Part shown: positions 38,838 through 47,935 of the stretch, in pieces
Position numbering within the stretch: the stretch's first letter is position 1
How the letters are laid out: the number at the start of each line of letters is the position of its first letter
Origin: Dehalococcoidales bacterium
Lineage (GTDB): Bacteria > Chloroflexota > Dehalococcoidia > Dehalococcoidales > RBG-16-60-22
Length of the DNA stretch: 64,000 bases
Assembly: GCA_050018395.1 (NCBI GenBank)
Contig: JBEKAC010000002.1
Location: forward strand, 600 to 64,599
Direction: 5' to 3'
Notes under the pieces: model-generated
The model's database searches: none
What the model saw: the letters and a program-made list of their open reading frames with translations, nothing else
Told to the model about the DNA's origin: nothing
Made by a program: the position numbers and the translations under genes

Positions 38838-39740
38838 ATGAACATTGAACAACTGAACACTTTCCGGGAAATAGCCCGGCGTGGCAGCTTTTCGGAAGTC
38901 GCTAGGAAGCTGGGCATCAGCCAGCCGGCGGTCTCCTTCCAGGTGCAAAAACTGGAGCAGGAGCTCGGCATCCGCCTGATCGACCGCAGCCAGCGGGTAG
39001 TGACGCTCACCCAGGCCGGCCAGCGCCTCTTGCGCTTTGCGGAGAACGTGGCCGCGGAGCGCGAAAACCTCGCCAAAGACCTGGACGTACTGCGCGAGGA
39101 TGTTTCCGGCGACCTGCACATCGCCGCCAGCACCATCCCCGGGGAGTTCCTGTTGCCGGCGCTGCTGGCAGAGTTCAAAAAGCGCCACCCGGCCGTCGAT
39201 ATCCGGCTGGACGTGTCCGATTCGCTCACGGTCATCGGCAGAATACGCGATAATACCTGCGAAATTGGTTTCTGCGGCGTGGCGCCGGAGGGCAAAGACC
39301 TGGCATCTTTCCGGGTTGGCGGCGATGAAATCGTGCTGAGCGTCTTTCCCGGGCATCCCTTCGCCCGTAAAAAGGAAATCCCGCCGGACGAGCTGGAAGG
39401 AGAGCCGCTCATCTTCCGCGAGGCCACCTCCGGCACGCAGCGCAGCCTGGAAAACCTGTTGGCCCGCGCCGGAGTTGATACCGGCAAATGGAAGCCAAAC
39501 ATGGTGCTGGGCAGCACGCAGTCGGTAGTCTCCGCCGTCGCCACCGGGGCCGGCATCGCTTTCGTATCTGACCTGGCGATTAAAAACTGCCTGGCGCAGG
39601 GTTCGGTCATACAAGTAAATGTAAGGGGACTACACCTAACGCGTGACTTTTATTGCGTTTACCGACAGGAAAGGATCGTTTCCCGCCTGCTCGGAGGATT
39701 TGTTGATTTTATCAAGATAGCGACGGCACAACATGAATGA
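38838..39740 (+). CDS. LysR-family transcriptional regulator
   Basis: N-terminal HTH FREIARRGSFSEVARKLGISQPAVSFQVQKLE. 300 aa. Divergent from the dehydratase-like operon. Confidence 0.9.
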   Translation: MNIEQLNTFREIARRGSFSEVARKLGISQPAVSFQVQKLEQELGIRLIDRSQRVVTLTQAGQRLLRFAENVAAERENLAKDLDVLREDVSGDLHIAASTIPGEFLLPALLAEFKKRHPAVDIRLDVSDSLTVIGRIRDNTCEIGFCGVAPEGKDLASFRVGGDEIVLSVFPGHPFARKKEIPPDELEGEPLIFREATSGTQRSLENLLARAGVDTGKWKPNMVLGSTQSVVSAVATGAGIAFVSDLAIKNCLAQGSVIQVNVRGLHLTRDFYCVYRQERIVSRLLGGFVDFIKIATAQHE

Positions 39741-40485
39741 TAATAACGCCCCTGATTATTCAGCCATAAAAAGCCTGCCCCTGGAGGTCAACGGCCGCCG
39801 CGTGCTTTACCGCCAGGCGGGTAAAGGACCTCCGGTGGTGCTCATTCACGGCGGCGCCAGCGACTCGCGCGACTGGCTGGACACGATGCAGGCGCTGGCC
39901 GGCCGATTTACTTTTTACGCGCCGGACCTGCCCGGCTTCGGGCAAAGCGCCAGGGATGAGAAAGGCTATTACCTCTCGGATTTCACCGATTTTCTCGCCG
40001 GCTTTTTCGATGAGCTAAAGATACAAAACCCCGTGCTGGTGGGGCACTCTTTCGGGGCCAGGGTCTGCCTGGACATGGCGCGTCTTTACCCGGACAGGAT
40101 CGGCAGGCTCGTCCTCATCGATGCTTCCGGCCTGGGCAAAATGTCGCTGTTTGGCAGCGTCCTGTTTACCTTTTTCTGGGCGCTGCGCAAGGCATTGGGC
40201 CGGCCGCAGCCTTTTCCCCGCTTCCTCTCTAAAGAGGGGGACGACTACAACCGGGTGAGCGACGAGGTATTAAAGAGCATCAAGGTGCCCACGCTGCTGA
40301 TGTGGAAAGGCTTCGATCCTTATATGCCTTTGAAGTGTGCCCGCCGCGCGCAAAAGCTGATACCCGGCGCCAGGCTGGAAATCGTGCCCGGCTACGGCCA
40401 CGCGCCGCACCAGCAGAAAAACCACGAAGAGTTCCTGCGGATATTCACGGAATTCCTGGACGGCAATAAGGCGGGGGAAACCTAA
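39733..40485 (+). CDS. Alpha/beta-fold hydrolase
   Basis: HGGASD oxyanion region, nucleophile elbow GHSFGA, C-terminal GYGHAPH. Confidence 0.8.
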   Translation: MNDNNAPDYSAIKSLPLEVNGRRVLYRQAGKGPPVVLIHGGASDSRDWLDTMQALAGRFTFYAPDLPGFGQSARDEKGYYLSDFTDFLAGFFDELKIQNPVLVGHSFGARVCLDMARLYPDRIGRLVLIDASGLGKMSLFGSVLFTFFWALRKALGRPQPFPRFLSKEGDDYNRVSDEVLKSIKVPTLLMWKGFDPYMPLKCARRAQKLIPGARLEIVPGYGHAPHQQKNHEEFLRIFTEFLDGNKAGET

Positions 40486-41114
40486 AGCGATAAAATGACG
40501 ACCTGCGTCACCAGCGGCAGGTTGGACTTGCTGACGGTCAGTTTGGGGCGGGGCTCCGCCATGGTTACCCCCATCTCCTTGAGGAAGTTGTCCACCGGGT
40601 CCAGTTCGCGGGAGGTTTTAGGCGTTTTATAGTGCATCGGCAGGACAATCTTGGGCTCGAGTTTGCGGACCGTCTCGGCGGCCATGGCGGCATTGATGGT
40701 GGAAACGCCGCCCACCGGCACCATCAGGACGTCCACTTTCCCCAGCTCCTCCACCTGCGCCTCGGTTAAAACGTGCCCGATGTCGCCCAAGTGGCAAATC
40801 GTCACGCCGTCCACTTCCATCAAATAGACGGTGTTTTTTCCTTTGGTCTGCCCCTTGATGGAATCGTGAAAGGTGGTTATCCCCAACATTAAAACGCCGC
40901 TGATTTCATATTCGCCGGGGCCTTTGACCAGCCGGTGTACACCGTTGATGCCCTGGCTGTAGGAGTGCGAGGGGTGCGGGTGGCTGACGGTAACGATGTC
41001 CGCCGTGATTTTCCCCAGCGTATAGCCCAAGGTCGGCGGGAAAGGATCCGTAACGATGATGGCCTGACTGCCTCTTATCTTGAAACAGGAGTGACCTAAC
41101 CAGGTGATGTCCAC
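40482..41114 (-). CDS. Metallo-beta-lactamase-fold hydrolase (UPF0173-like)
   Basis: MDITWLGHSCFKI; VSHPHPSH metal motif. 210 aa. Confidence 0.8.
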   Translation of the reverse strand: MDITWLGHSCFKIRGSQAIIVTDPFPPTLGYTLGKITADIVTVSHPHPSHSYSQGINGVHRLVKGPGEYEISGVLMLGITTFHDSIKGQTKGKNTVYLMEVDGVTICHLGDIGHVLTEAQVEELGKVDVLMVPVGGVSTINAAMAAETVRKLEPKIVLPMHYKTPKTSRELDPVDNFLKEMGVTMAEPRPKLTVSKSNLPLVTQVVILSL

Positions 41115-41168
41115 GTTTACAATTTAGCACATTTAGCTTTGCGGGGTCAAGGAAAAGGGGGAGAGGGA

Positions 41169-41203
41169 GTAATTGGTAATTAGTAATTAGTAGTTTGTAG
41201 TTG
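41169..41203. repeat. Degenerate heptamer tandem repeat (GTAATTG GTAATTA GTAATTA GTAGTTT GTAGTTG)
   Basis: Read directly from the sequence. Confidence 0.9.
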
Positions 41204-41326
41204 GGAGGGGTAATGATTAAGCCTTTTTATCATGACCCGTCCCTTTCCCTCGAGCCAGAAAGAAAGACGGGCAAAATTTCATATTTTTGTAATGCTCTGC
41301 CGCGAGTTTTGTAGCTGTCACTACTC

Positions 41327-41355
41327 TTGACAAACAACCCCTCAAAGTGTTAAAT
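41327..41355 (+). promoter_or_regulatory. Sigma70-type promoter of the hrcA operon
   Basis: TTGACA (41327), a 17-nt spacer, then TTAAAT (41350), immediately upstream of CIRCE. Confidence 0.55.
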
Positions 41356-41363
41356 TATATGTG

Positions 41364-41390
41364 TTAGCAGTCGGCTGCGGAGACTGCTAA
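41364..41390 (+). promoter_or_regulatory. CIRCE operator (HrcA binding site)
   Basis: TTAGCAGTC-N9-GACTGCTAA compared with the consensus TTAGCACTC-N9-GAGTGCTAA. Confidence 0.85.
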
Positions 41391-41406
41391 TCAAAGCTGA
41401 ACGGAG

Positions 41407-42450
41407 ATGGGAATGATTACTGCCAGAGGCGGCAAGATACTTAACTATATCGTGGCGCAGTACATCGCCAATGCGATGCCGGTGCCCTCACAGGTCGTGG
41501 CGGAAAAAGCCAACCTCGGGGTCAGCCCGGCCACCGTTCGTAACGAGATGGCGAGCCTGGAAAAAGAGGGCTATCTCATCCGCCCCCACACCTCCGCCGG
41601 GTGTATCCCCTCGGACAAGGGCTACCGCTACTACGTAGAATCGATCGAAAATCTCGTTCTGCCGCGCGAAGAGCAATACCTTATTTCCCACACCTTCCAC
41701 CAGGTGGAAAAAGAGGTCGAGGCGTGGGTCAGCCTCACGGCGACACTGCTGGCCAAGCTGACGCAGAACGTGGCCGTGGTCAGCCTGCCCAAAGCCACCG
41801 ACTGCAAGCTGAAGCACCTGGAGTTCATCGCCGTGCAGGACGCCAACGCCCTGGCGGTCGTCGTCCTCGAAGGTACGGTGGTCAAGCAGAAGCTCATCAC
41901 CTTTGACGAGCCGGTGACCCAGCCGTCGCTATCCGTCATCAGCAATAAACTGAACGGTGTCTTTGCCGGTTTTACCAGCCGCCAGATTGAAGAGAGCCAG
42001 ACCGAGCTTACGCCGCTGGAGAAAAAAGCCACCGGATTCCTCCTGGAAATCATGCACTCGGAAGACAGCAAGGAATACCAGGAGCCGTACCTGGAAGGCT
42101 GGCACTTCATGCTCAACCAGCCGGAGTTCGCCCACAGCGACCAGATGCGCACCCTCATGGAGCTCTTCGAACGCCGCGGCCTGCTTAAGGTCATTTCCCC
42201 GTCCACGCTGGTCCAGCCGGGTGTTAATGTTATCATCGGCAAAGAAAACCAATTTGAAGCCATCCGCAACTGCAGCGTGGTTCTTTGCCGCTACGGCCTC
42301 CCGGAGGAAGCCTCCGGCACCATCGCGGTAGTAGGGCCGACGCGTATGCCCTATTCCCACACCATTCCCACGGTCTATTACCTGTCTACAGTGTTGAGCC
42401 AGCTGGTGGGCGGGCTTTACGGCAAGGAAATCCGCGGCGAGTCCAGCTAA
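41407..42450 (+). CDS. hrcA: Heat-inducible transcription repressor HrcA
   Basis: Winged-helix N-terminus (ILNYIVAQYI...PVPSQVVAEK...SPATVRNEMASLEKEGYL). 347 aa. The start could be ATG 41413. Confidence 0.88.
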   Translation: MGMITARGGKILNYIVAQYIANAMPVPSQVVAEKANLGVSPATVRNEMASLEKEGYLIRPHTSAGCIPSDKGYRYYVESIENLVLPREEQYLISHTFHQVEKEVEAWVSLTATLLAKLTQNVAVVSLPKATDCKLKHLEFIAVQDANALAVVVLEGTVVKQKLITFDEPVTQPSLSVISNKLNGVFAGFTSRQIEESQTELTPLEKKATGFLLEIMHSEDSKEYQEPYLEGWHFMLNQPEFAHSDQMRTLMELFERRGLLKVISPSTLVQPGVNVIIGKENQFEAIRNCSVVLCRYGLPEEASGTIAVVGPTRMPYSHTIPTVYYLSTVLSQLVGGLYGKEIRGESS

Positions 42451-42473
42451 ATTTTATTTTATGGGATTTAATT

Positions 42474-42966
42474 ATGATGCCGAAAAAACCGGAAGAAAAA
42501 CAGAACAACGAAATTACGCCCGGGGAAGCCGCCCCGGAAGCAAATGAAACTCTGGAAAAAGAGTTAGCCGAGGCGAAGAAAAAGGCCGAGGAAAACCTGG
42601 CTAACTGCCACGCTGTACTGCAGCATCCTGCCCGTCCTCGATGACCTGGAGCGCGCCCTTAACGCCGTTCCGGAGGAATACGCTAAGGACGACTGGGTGG
42701 AGGGGGTCAGGCTGGTGGAGCGTAAATTCAAGACAATTTTGGAGGGTCAGGGAGTAAAACCCATCTGCGCCCTGGGCATGGACTTCGACCCCAGTCTGCA
42801 CGAGGCTTTGCGCCAGGAAAAAGGCAAAGAGGGCATGGTCATCTCCGAGGTGCAGAAGGGCTATACATTACACGATAAGCTGCTCCGTCCGGCGCGCGTC
42901 ATCGTGGGGAGCGGCGAAGGCGACTCGCATGATACCGAGGAACCGGATAATATTACAAAATTTTAG
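42474..42966 (+). pseudogene. grpE: grpE, disrupted (frameshift plus missing central segment)
   Basis: The N-terminal coiled-coil part (MMPKKPEEK...AEAKKKAEENLAN) stops at TGA 42642..42644. The GrpE core (ILPVLDDLERAL...GVKPI...FDPSLHEAL...VQKGYTLHDKLLRPARVIVG) is only readable in the +1 frame from 42568. No frame contains the (D/E)FxN(Y/F)(R/K)(K/R)R segment. Confidence 0.7.
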
Positions 42967-43035
42967 ATTTTTGTCACATACAATATCATGTTTTTATTCC
43001 ATCATAATTGATGGATGCTTGAAGGAGGCAGAAAA

Positions 43036-44967
43036 ATGGCAAAAGCAGTAGGCATAGACTTAGGGACAACTTTCAGCGAGGTTGCCGTACTGGAGGGAGG
43101 CGAGCCGGTCGTCATTACCAGCTCGGAGGGCAGCCGCCTGTTTCCCTCGGTGGTAGCGATAAACAAAAACGGGGAGCGCCTGGTGGGGCAGATCGCCAAG
43201 CGCCAGGCTATCATCAACCCGGAAAATACGATTTACAGCATCAAGCGCTTTATGGGGCGGAAGTGGGGCGAACCGGCCGGCCGCGAGCTGCCGGTCGAGG
43301 AAGACGCCAAGCGCAAGACGTATAAAGTGACCCGCGCCGCCAATAACGACGTGCGCGTTTTAATGGGCGGCAAGGAATACAGCCCGCCGGAAATCTCGGC
43401 GATGATCTTGCAGAAGCTCAAGACGGACGCCGAGGCTTACCTGGGCGAAAAAGTGACCGACGCCGTCATCACCGTGCCGGCCTATTTCAACGACGCCCAG
43501 CGGCAGGCCACCAAGGACGCCGGCGCCATCGCCGGATTGAACGTGCTGCGCATCATCAACGAGCCCACGGCCGCCGCGCTGGCTTACGGGCTGGATAAGA
43601 AGACCGACGAAACCGTCGCCGTGTACGACCTGGGCGGCGGCACTTTCGATATTTCCATCCTGGAGCTGGGCGAAGGCACCTTCCAGGTAAAGTCCACCAA
43701 CGGCGATACCCACCTCGGGGGGGACGATTTCGACCAGCGCATCATGGACTGGCTGGTGACCGAGTTCAAGAAGGACCAGGGCATCGATTTAAGCAAGGAC
43801 AAGACCGCTCTGCAGCGTCTCAAGGAAGCCGCGGAGAAAGCCAAAATCGAGCTTTCCAGCGTCCAGCAGACGGAGGTTAACCTGCCCTTTATCACCGCGG
43901 ACGCCAGCGGCCCCAAGCACCTCAATATCACCCTGACCCGCGCCAAGCTGGAGCAGCTGGTGATGGACCTGGTGGACAAATCGATGGGACCCTGCAAACA
44001 GGCACTGACCGACGCCGGCAAGACGACCGCCCAGATCGACGAGGTCATCCTCGTCGGCGGGCAGACGCGTATGCCGCTGGTGCAGGACAAAGTCAAGCAG
44101 TTCTTCGGCAAGGACCCGAACCGGAGCGTCAACCCGGACGAGGTGGTCGCCATCGGCGCCGCCATCCAGGCCGGCGTGCTCAAGGGAGAAGTCAAAGATG
44201 TGTTGCTCCTCGACGTCACGCCTCTAACGCTCGGCATCGAGACGCTCGGAGGCGTAGCTACCCCCCTTATCCCCAGGAACACCACCATCCCCACCGCCAA
44301 GAGCCAGATTTTCAGCACGGCGGCGGACAGCCAGCCCGGCGTGGAGATTCACGTTCTCCAGGGCGAGCGCCCCATGGCCGCGGATAACCGCACGCTCGGC
44401 AGGTTCATGCTGGACGGCATTTTACCGGCCCCGCGCGGCGTACCGCAGATCGAGGTCACTTTCGACCTCGACGCCAACGGTATCCTCAACGTCAGGGCGC
44501 AGGACAAAGGCACCGGCAAAGAGCAGAAGATAACCATCACCGCCTCCAGCGGCCTCTCCAAGGACGAGGTCGGCAAGATGCAGAAGGAAGCGGAAGCCCA
44601 CGCCGCCGAAGATACGAAGCGCCGCGAGGAAATCGAGGCTAAGAACACGGCGGACACCATGGCTTACCAGGCGGAAAAGACCCTGCGCGATAACAAGGAA
44701 AAGATTCCCGCCAACCTCAACAGCGAAGCGGAAGCCAAGATTGCCGCGGTCAAGAGCGCTTTACAGGGTACGGATACCAACGCCATTAAGAGCGCCACGC
44801 AGTCTTTGAACGAAACGATGCAGAAGATAGGCCAGGCCGTCTATCAACAGCAGCCGCCCCCGCCCGGCGGTCAACAGCCGCCACCCGGCGGGCAGCAGCC
44901 TCCTCCTCCGGGGGGACAGGGCGGTAAAGACGAGGGCACGGTGGAGGGCGAGTTTAGAGAGGTTTAA
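43036..44967 (+). CDS. dnaK: Chaperone DnaK (Hsp70)
   Basis: [40 protein letters not shown]-terminal PPPGGQQ repeats. Confidence 0.97.
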   Translation: MAKAVGIDLGTTFSEVAVLEGGEPVVITSSEGSRLFPSVVAINKNGERLVGQIAKRQAIINPENTIYSIKRFMGRKWGEPAGRELPVEEDAKRKTYKVTRAANNDVRVLMGGKEYSPPEISAMILQKLKTDAEAYLGEKVTDAVITVPAYFNDAQRQATKDAGAIAGLNVLRIINEPTAAALAYGLDKKTDETVAVYDLGGGTFDISILELGEGTFQVKSTNGDTHLGGDDFDQRIMDWLVTEFKKDQGIDLSKDKTALQRLKEAAEKAKIELSSVQQTEVNLPFITADASGPKHLNITLTRAKLEQLVMDLVDKSMGPCKQALTDAGKTTAQIDEVILVGGQTRMPLVQDKVKQFFGKDPNRSVNPDEVVAIGAAIQAGVLKGEVKDVLLLDVTPLTLGIETLGGVATPLIPRNTTIPTAKSQIFSTAADSQPGVEIHVLQGERPMAADNRTLGRFMLDGILPAPRGVPQIEVTFDLDANGILNVRAQDKGTGKEQKITITASSGLSKDEVGKMQKEAEAHAAEDTKRREEIEAKNTADTMAYQAEKTLRDNKEKIPANLNSEAEAKIAAVKSALQGTDTNAIKSATQSLNETMQKIGQAVYQQQPPPPGGQQPPPGGQQPPPPGGQGGKDEGTVEGEFREV

Positions 44968-44972
44968 AAGCC

Positions 44973-45007
44973 GTAAGCTGTAAGCTATTAGCTTTAAGCC
45001 TTAAGCA
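44973..45007. repeat. Degenerate heptamer tandem repeat (GTAAGCT GTAAGCT ATTAGCT TTAAGCC TTAAGCA)
   Basis: Read directly. Lies between the dnaK stop and its terminator. Confidence 0.9.
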
Positions 45008-45009
45008 CA

Positions 45010-45046
45010 GGGGCGGGCGTAAGAACCCGCCCCTTTTTTTGTTTTT
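45010..45046 (+). terminator. Rho-independent terminator after dnaK
   Basis: GGGGCGGG-CGTAAGAA-CCCGCCCC followed by TTTTTTTGTTTTT. Confidence 0.85.
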
Positions 45047-45068
45047 ATGGTATAATATACCTAGTAAA

Positions 45069-45257
45069 ATGAAAGCCATCGAAAAATTATTTGTTATTGT
45101 TATTCTTATTGTTGTAGCGGCTTATAGTGAACATTTATTTGCCGGTGCACCCAGAAGTGCAGGCCTGCCTTTTTTTGTATCTGAAATACTTTCGGGTTCT
45201 TGTGTTACCTATGCCTTACTCAAGTCTGTGAAATTGGCAAACACAGAATATAATTGA
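45069..45257 (+). CDS. Small hydrophobic hypothetical protein
   Basis: MKAIEKLFVIVILIVVAAY.... AT-rich islet. Followed by the hairpin terminator at 45288..45314. Confidence 0.3.
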   Translation: MKAIEKLFVIVILIVVAAYSEHLFAGAPRSAGLPFFVSEILSGSCVTYALLKSVKLANTEYN

Positions 45258-45287
45258 ACTATATAATGACCGACATAATTGTCAAGT

Positions 45288-45314
45288 GGGGGCGCAAAAG
45301 CCCCCTCTTTTTTC
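45288..45314 (+). terminator. Hairpin plus T-run
   Basis: GGGGGC-GCAAAA-GCCCCC, then TCTTTTTTCTC. Confidence 0.6.
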
Positions 45315-45350
45315 TCTCTCCCTCAGACATATTTTAACCGATTGCAAAAC

Positions 45351-46202
45351 TCATTTATTGCCTGATAATCCTCCTATGTTATAACCGATGTTGGACAATG
45401 TAACTGTTCCTCCGCCCACAGCTTTGAATTGTAGGTCAAACCAATAGGTTGTCCCTACAGTAAGATTGGGCAAATCGGATAGAATACTAAATATGCGTGC
45501 TTGGCTATTTACCTGACCTTGCATAAGTCCAAGAATCTTTGTACCCTGAAAAATACCTTGTGCATCAGCACCACTACTTGGAGCTATCCCAGTACCATAG
45601 CAAGCTTGTACCTGCCCACTTACATCCATGTGGGCTGTACCCCATATGGTTAAATGTACGCTTCCAGTGCTGGAAGGAGTAAAGGTAATAGCCAGACCAG
45701 TCATAACGAAAGAATCCGAATATGTGCTATAAGAAGTTGATGGTTGTTCAGGTGTAGATAATGGCGTGGGCGTGGGTGTGGATTGTTCTAAATTGACACT
45801 GAATATACTTTTCCACCAGTTACTATCCTTCCAAGAGGCATCCATATATACAGAATCTTCTCCTTGTTTGAAGTGAAAAGCGAGTGATGTTTCTTGTTTA
45901 ACATTTATTTGCGGTTGAGTCCAAGTAATTGTTTGTTGTTCTCTAAACTGCCCCTTTTCATAGAGTTGAACAAGGTAAGTAGTATTAGCCTTTGCATTTT
46001 GAGGTTTAAGCCACACCAATAACCCAAACATTGGCACTTTTGCGTCTATGCCTGTTACTTCTGCAATACCCCTTGTGGATATGCTAGTCTTTTGTGAATT
46101 TGTGGAGGTATCTGATGTAGATAATCCAGCGCAACTCGTAATCAAACTACCAATTATTACCAAAATCATAGATAACAACACCCAAAGTAATTTGTTGGTC
46201 AT
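45351..46202 (-). CDS. Lipoprotein of unknown function, two domains joined by a TPTPTP linker
   Basis: Start trimmed to MTNKLLWVLLSMILVIIGSLITSC (lipobox LITSC). AT-rich composition. Confidence 0.6.
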   Translation of the reverse strand: MTNKLLWVLLSMILVIIGSLITSCAGLSTSDTSTNSQKTSISTRGIAEVTGIDAKVPMFGLLVWLKPQNAKANTTYLVQLYEKGQFREQQTITWTQPQINVKQETSLAFHFKQGEDSVYMDASWKDSNWWKSIFSVNLEQSTPTPTPLSTPEQPSTSYSTYSDSFVMTGLAITFTPSSTGSVHLTIWGTAHMDVSGQVQACYGTGIAPSSGADAQGIFQGTKILGLMQGQVNSQARIFSILSDLPNLTVGTTYWFDLQFKAVGGGTVTLSNIGYNIGGLSGNK

Positions 46203-46283
46203 CTTATCCTCCCCTCGCAATTCTGTTAGGGGGATTATATACCTAATTACTCTCATAAAGCACCTTCCAAAGAGAGTAGCCAA

Positions 46284-46312
46284 CGGAGAGGGGGAACTAA
46301 AGGGGGTGAGGT
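46284..46312. repeat. Partial inverse copy of the 20521 hairpin family
   Basis: CGGAGAGGGGGAACTAAAGGGGGTGAGGT. Confidence 0.8.
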
Positions 46313-46318
46313 TGAGGG

Positions 46319-46669
46319 CTATTTCTTCTTCTCGTAAGTTTCCACCGGCTCATAAAAGCCCGCCCAGATAAGATCGACGCACTTGGGGGCTTCTGTTTCG
46401 TAGTGTATTTTAGCGTCCTGCATCAGCGGGTCCGCATAAAAAGCGTCAATGTCCTCCGGCTTATCGAACTCGTAAATCGTCAGGTATAAAGGAGCATATT
46501 TCCCGTTCGGCCCTGCCCCTTTGTACATCTTGCTGCGGTTCACCCGCTTCAGCCCCCCGAAGGCGAAAAGGTCGGTAATGTGCTTGTGGTACCACTCGTT
46601 ATATTCCTTTTCCTTGCCCGGCAGCGGCCGTGAGCCGACGACTTCCATGTATTTGTTGATTCTCATCAT
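46319..46669 (-). CDS. Small alpha+beta (EthD/dimeric-barrel-like) protein, function unknown
   Basis: 116 aa. The PGKEKEYNEWYHKHITDL pattern is recalled from ferredoxin-fold EthD-like families. Lies 20 nt downstream of the bicupin gene. Confidence 0.4.
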   Translation of the reverse strand: MMRINKYMEVVGSRPLPGKEKEYNEWYHKHITDLFAFGGLKRVNRSKMYKGAGPNGKYAPLYLTIYEFDKPEDIDAFYADPLMQDAKIHYETEAPKCVDLIWAGFYEPVETYEKKK

Positions 46670-46689
46670 TTCTCCTTTTTTCTCAACCG

Positions 46690-47796
46690 TTAACGGTAAC
46701 CCCTGCCTTTCGGCCAGATTATTTTGCGTTCCCAGTTATCGTACCCTACATCCGTGAACATCATTTTCTCCCGCTCTTTGGGGTCGGGCACCAGCTCCGT
46801 AAGCGCTTTTTCCGTATGTTTGGGAGATTGATTCACCTCGATGAAGATGAACGGCCGGGTGACTTTCATCACGGTGGAAGGGCCGTGAGCGAAATGGGGC
46901 GGCAGGAAGCCTACTTTGGTCTTGGTGCCTAAACTCATCTCCAGCTCCGGCCCCATGCCGGCCCAGAATTCCGCCCCGAGGTCTGCCGGGTTTGCCGGGT
47001 CCGTACCGAGCAGGGCGACGACTTCCGGATGCTTATGCATATGCGGCCCGTGAGTGATATCCGGCCAGTTTTTCCAGCCGGGCACGTTCAGCGGCTGCTC
47101 GAACGCCCAGTGCGACCAGTACTCGTTAGCGCCCTCGAAAGTGTCGCCGTCGATATGCGCTATCGATTTGCCACTGCTGTCCCTCTCCCCCGGGCGGAGT
47201 CCCGACAGGATGTATTTATCATATTTCCCTGTTCTGGGGTTGCCCTTGTTCTCAACAGGTTTTTTACCTGTTTTTTCCGGCCGCCGCACTACCCTTTCGC
47301 TGCTTGCATAACCCTGGTCGATAAAAAACATGTTTTTACGGAGTCCTCCCGGCACGAGTTCCGCTAATGCCTTCTCCGTGTGCGCGGTGGACTGATTGAC
47401 GTCGAAGACGATAATCGGCTTCTTAACCTCCCGGATGACCCACCAGCCATGGACGAAATTAGCCGGTATGAAAATAAGGCAGGACCTGGTCAGCGTATAC
47501 TTTTCCTGCTCCGGGCCCAGGCACATTTCTACCGTGGCGCCAAGGTCGAGCGGGTCTTCCCGGTTGGACCCTAACAGGTAAATTACCTGGGGATATTTGT
47601 GCGTGTGCGGGCCGTAAATAACCTGGTCCCACTTTGTCCAGCCGGGCGTATTTAAAGGCTTTTCATACAGCCAGTAGCAGTTATATTCGTTGCACCCTTC
47701 AAATTTAGCGCCGTTAAGCCTCGCGATGGTTTTACCGGGACCTTCCGGCTCGCCCTTGGCGGCTCCGTAAACGGATAAATAATCGTATTTTCCCAT
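46690..47796 (-). CDS. Bicupin-like protein with internal duplication, function unknown
   Basis: Start trimmed to MGKYDYLSVYG (AAGGAGG RBS). Two homologous halves each carry GPH(T/M)HK(Y/H)P(Q/E)V...G and ...P..F(V/A)HG..., and each ends with VNQS..HTEKAL.ELVP. Confidence 0.55.
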   Translation of the reverse strand: MGKYDYLSVYGAAKGEPEGPGKTIARLNGAKFEGCNEYNCYWLYEKPLNTPGWTKWDQVIYGPHTHKYPQVIYLLGSNREDPLDLGATVEMCLGPEQEKYTLTRSCLIFIPANFVHGWWVIREVKKPIIVFDVNQSTAHTEKALAELVPGGLRKNMFFIDQGYASSERVVRRPEKTGKKPVENKGNPRTGKYDKYILSGLRPGERDSSGKSIAHIDGDTFEGANEYWSHWAFEQPLNVPGWKNWPDITHGPHMHKHPEVVALLGTDPANPADLGAEFWAGMGPELEMSLGTKTKVGFLPPHFAHGPSTVMKVTRPFIFIEVNQSPKHTEKALTELVPDPKEREKMMFTDVGYDNWERKIIWPKGRGYR

Positions 47797-47935
47797 AGTT
47801 CGGCACCTCCTTGTTGGTGTGTATTTTACTCCTGACGGGTAGCCGTAGCAATCTTTGCCTCCGGCCATCAACCGCAAGTCCCATTTGCCTCTTTTCCTCT
47901 CCAACCCCTATAATTCTAAAGTCTGGAGGCGCATT

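Noticed and set aside
42568-42644. Programmed +1 ribosomal frameshift as an explanation for the split grpE
   Set aside because: I saw no slippery or shifty-stop motif comparable to known programmed sites. Even a frameshifted product would lack the conserved central segment, so a deletion or assembly error is more parsimonious.
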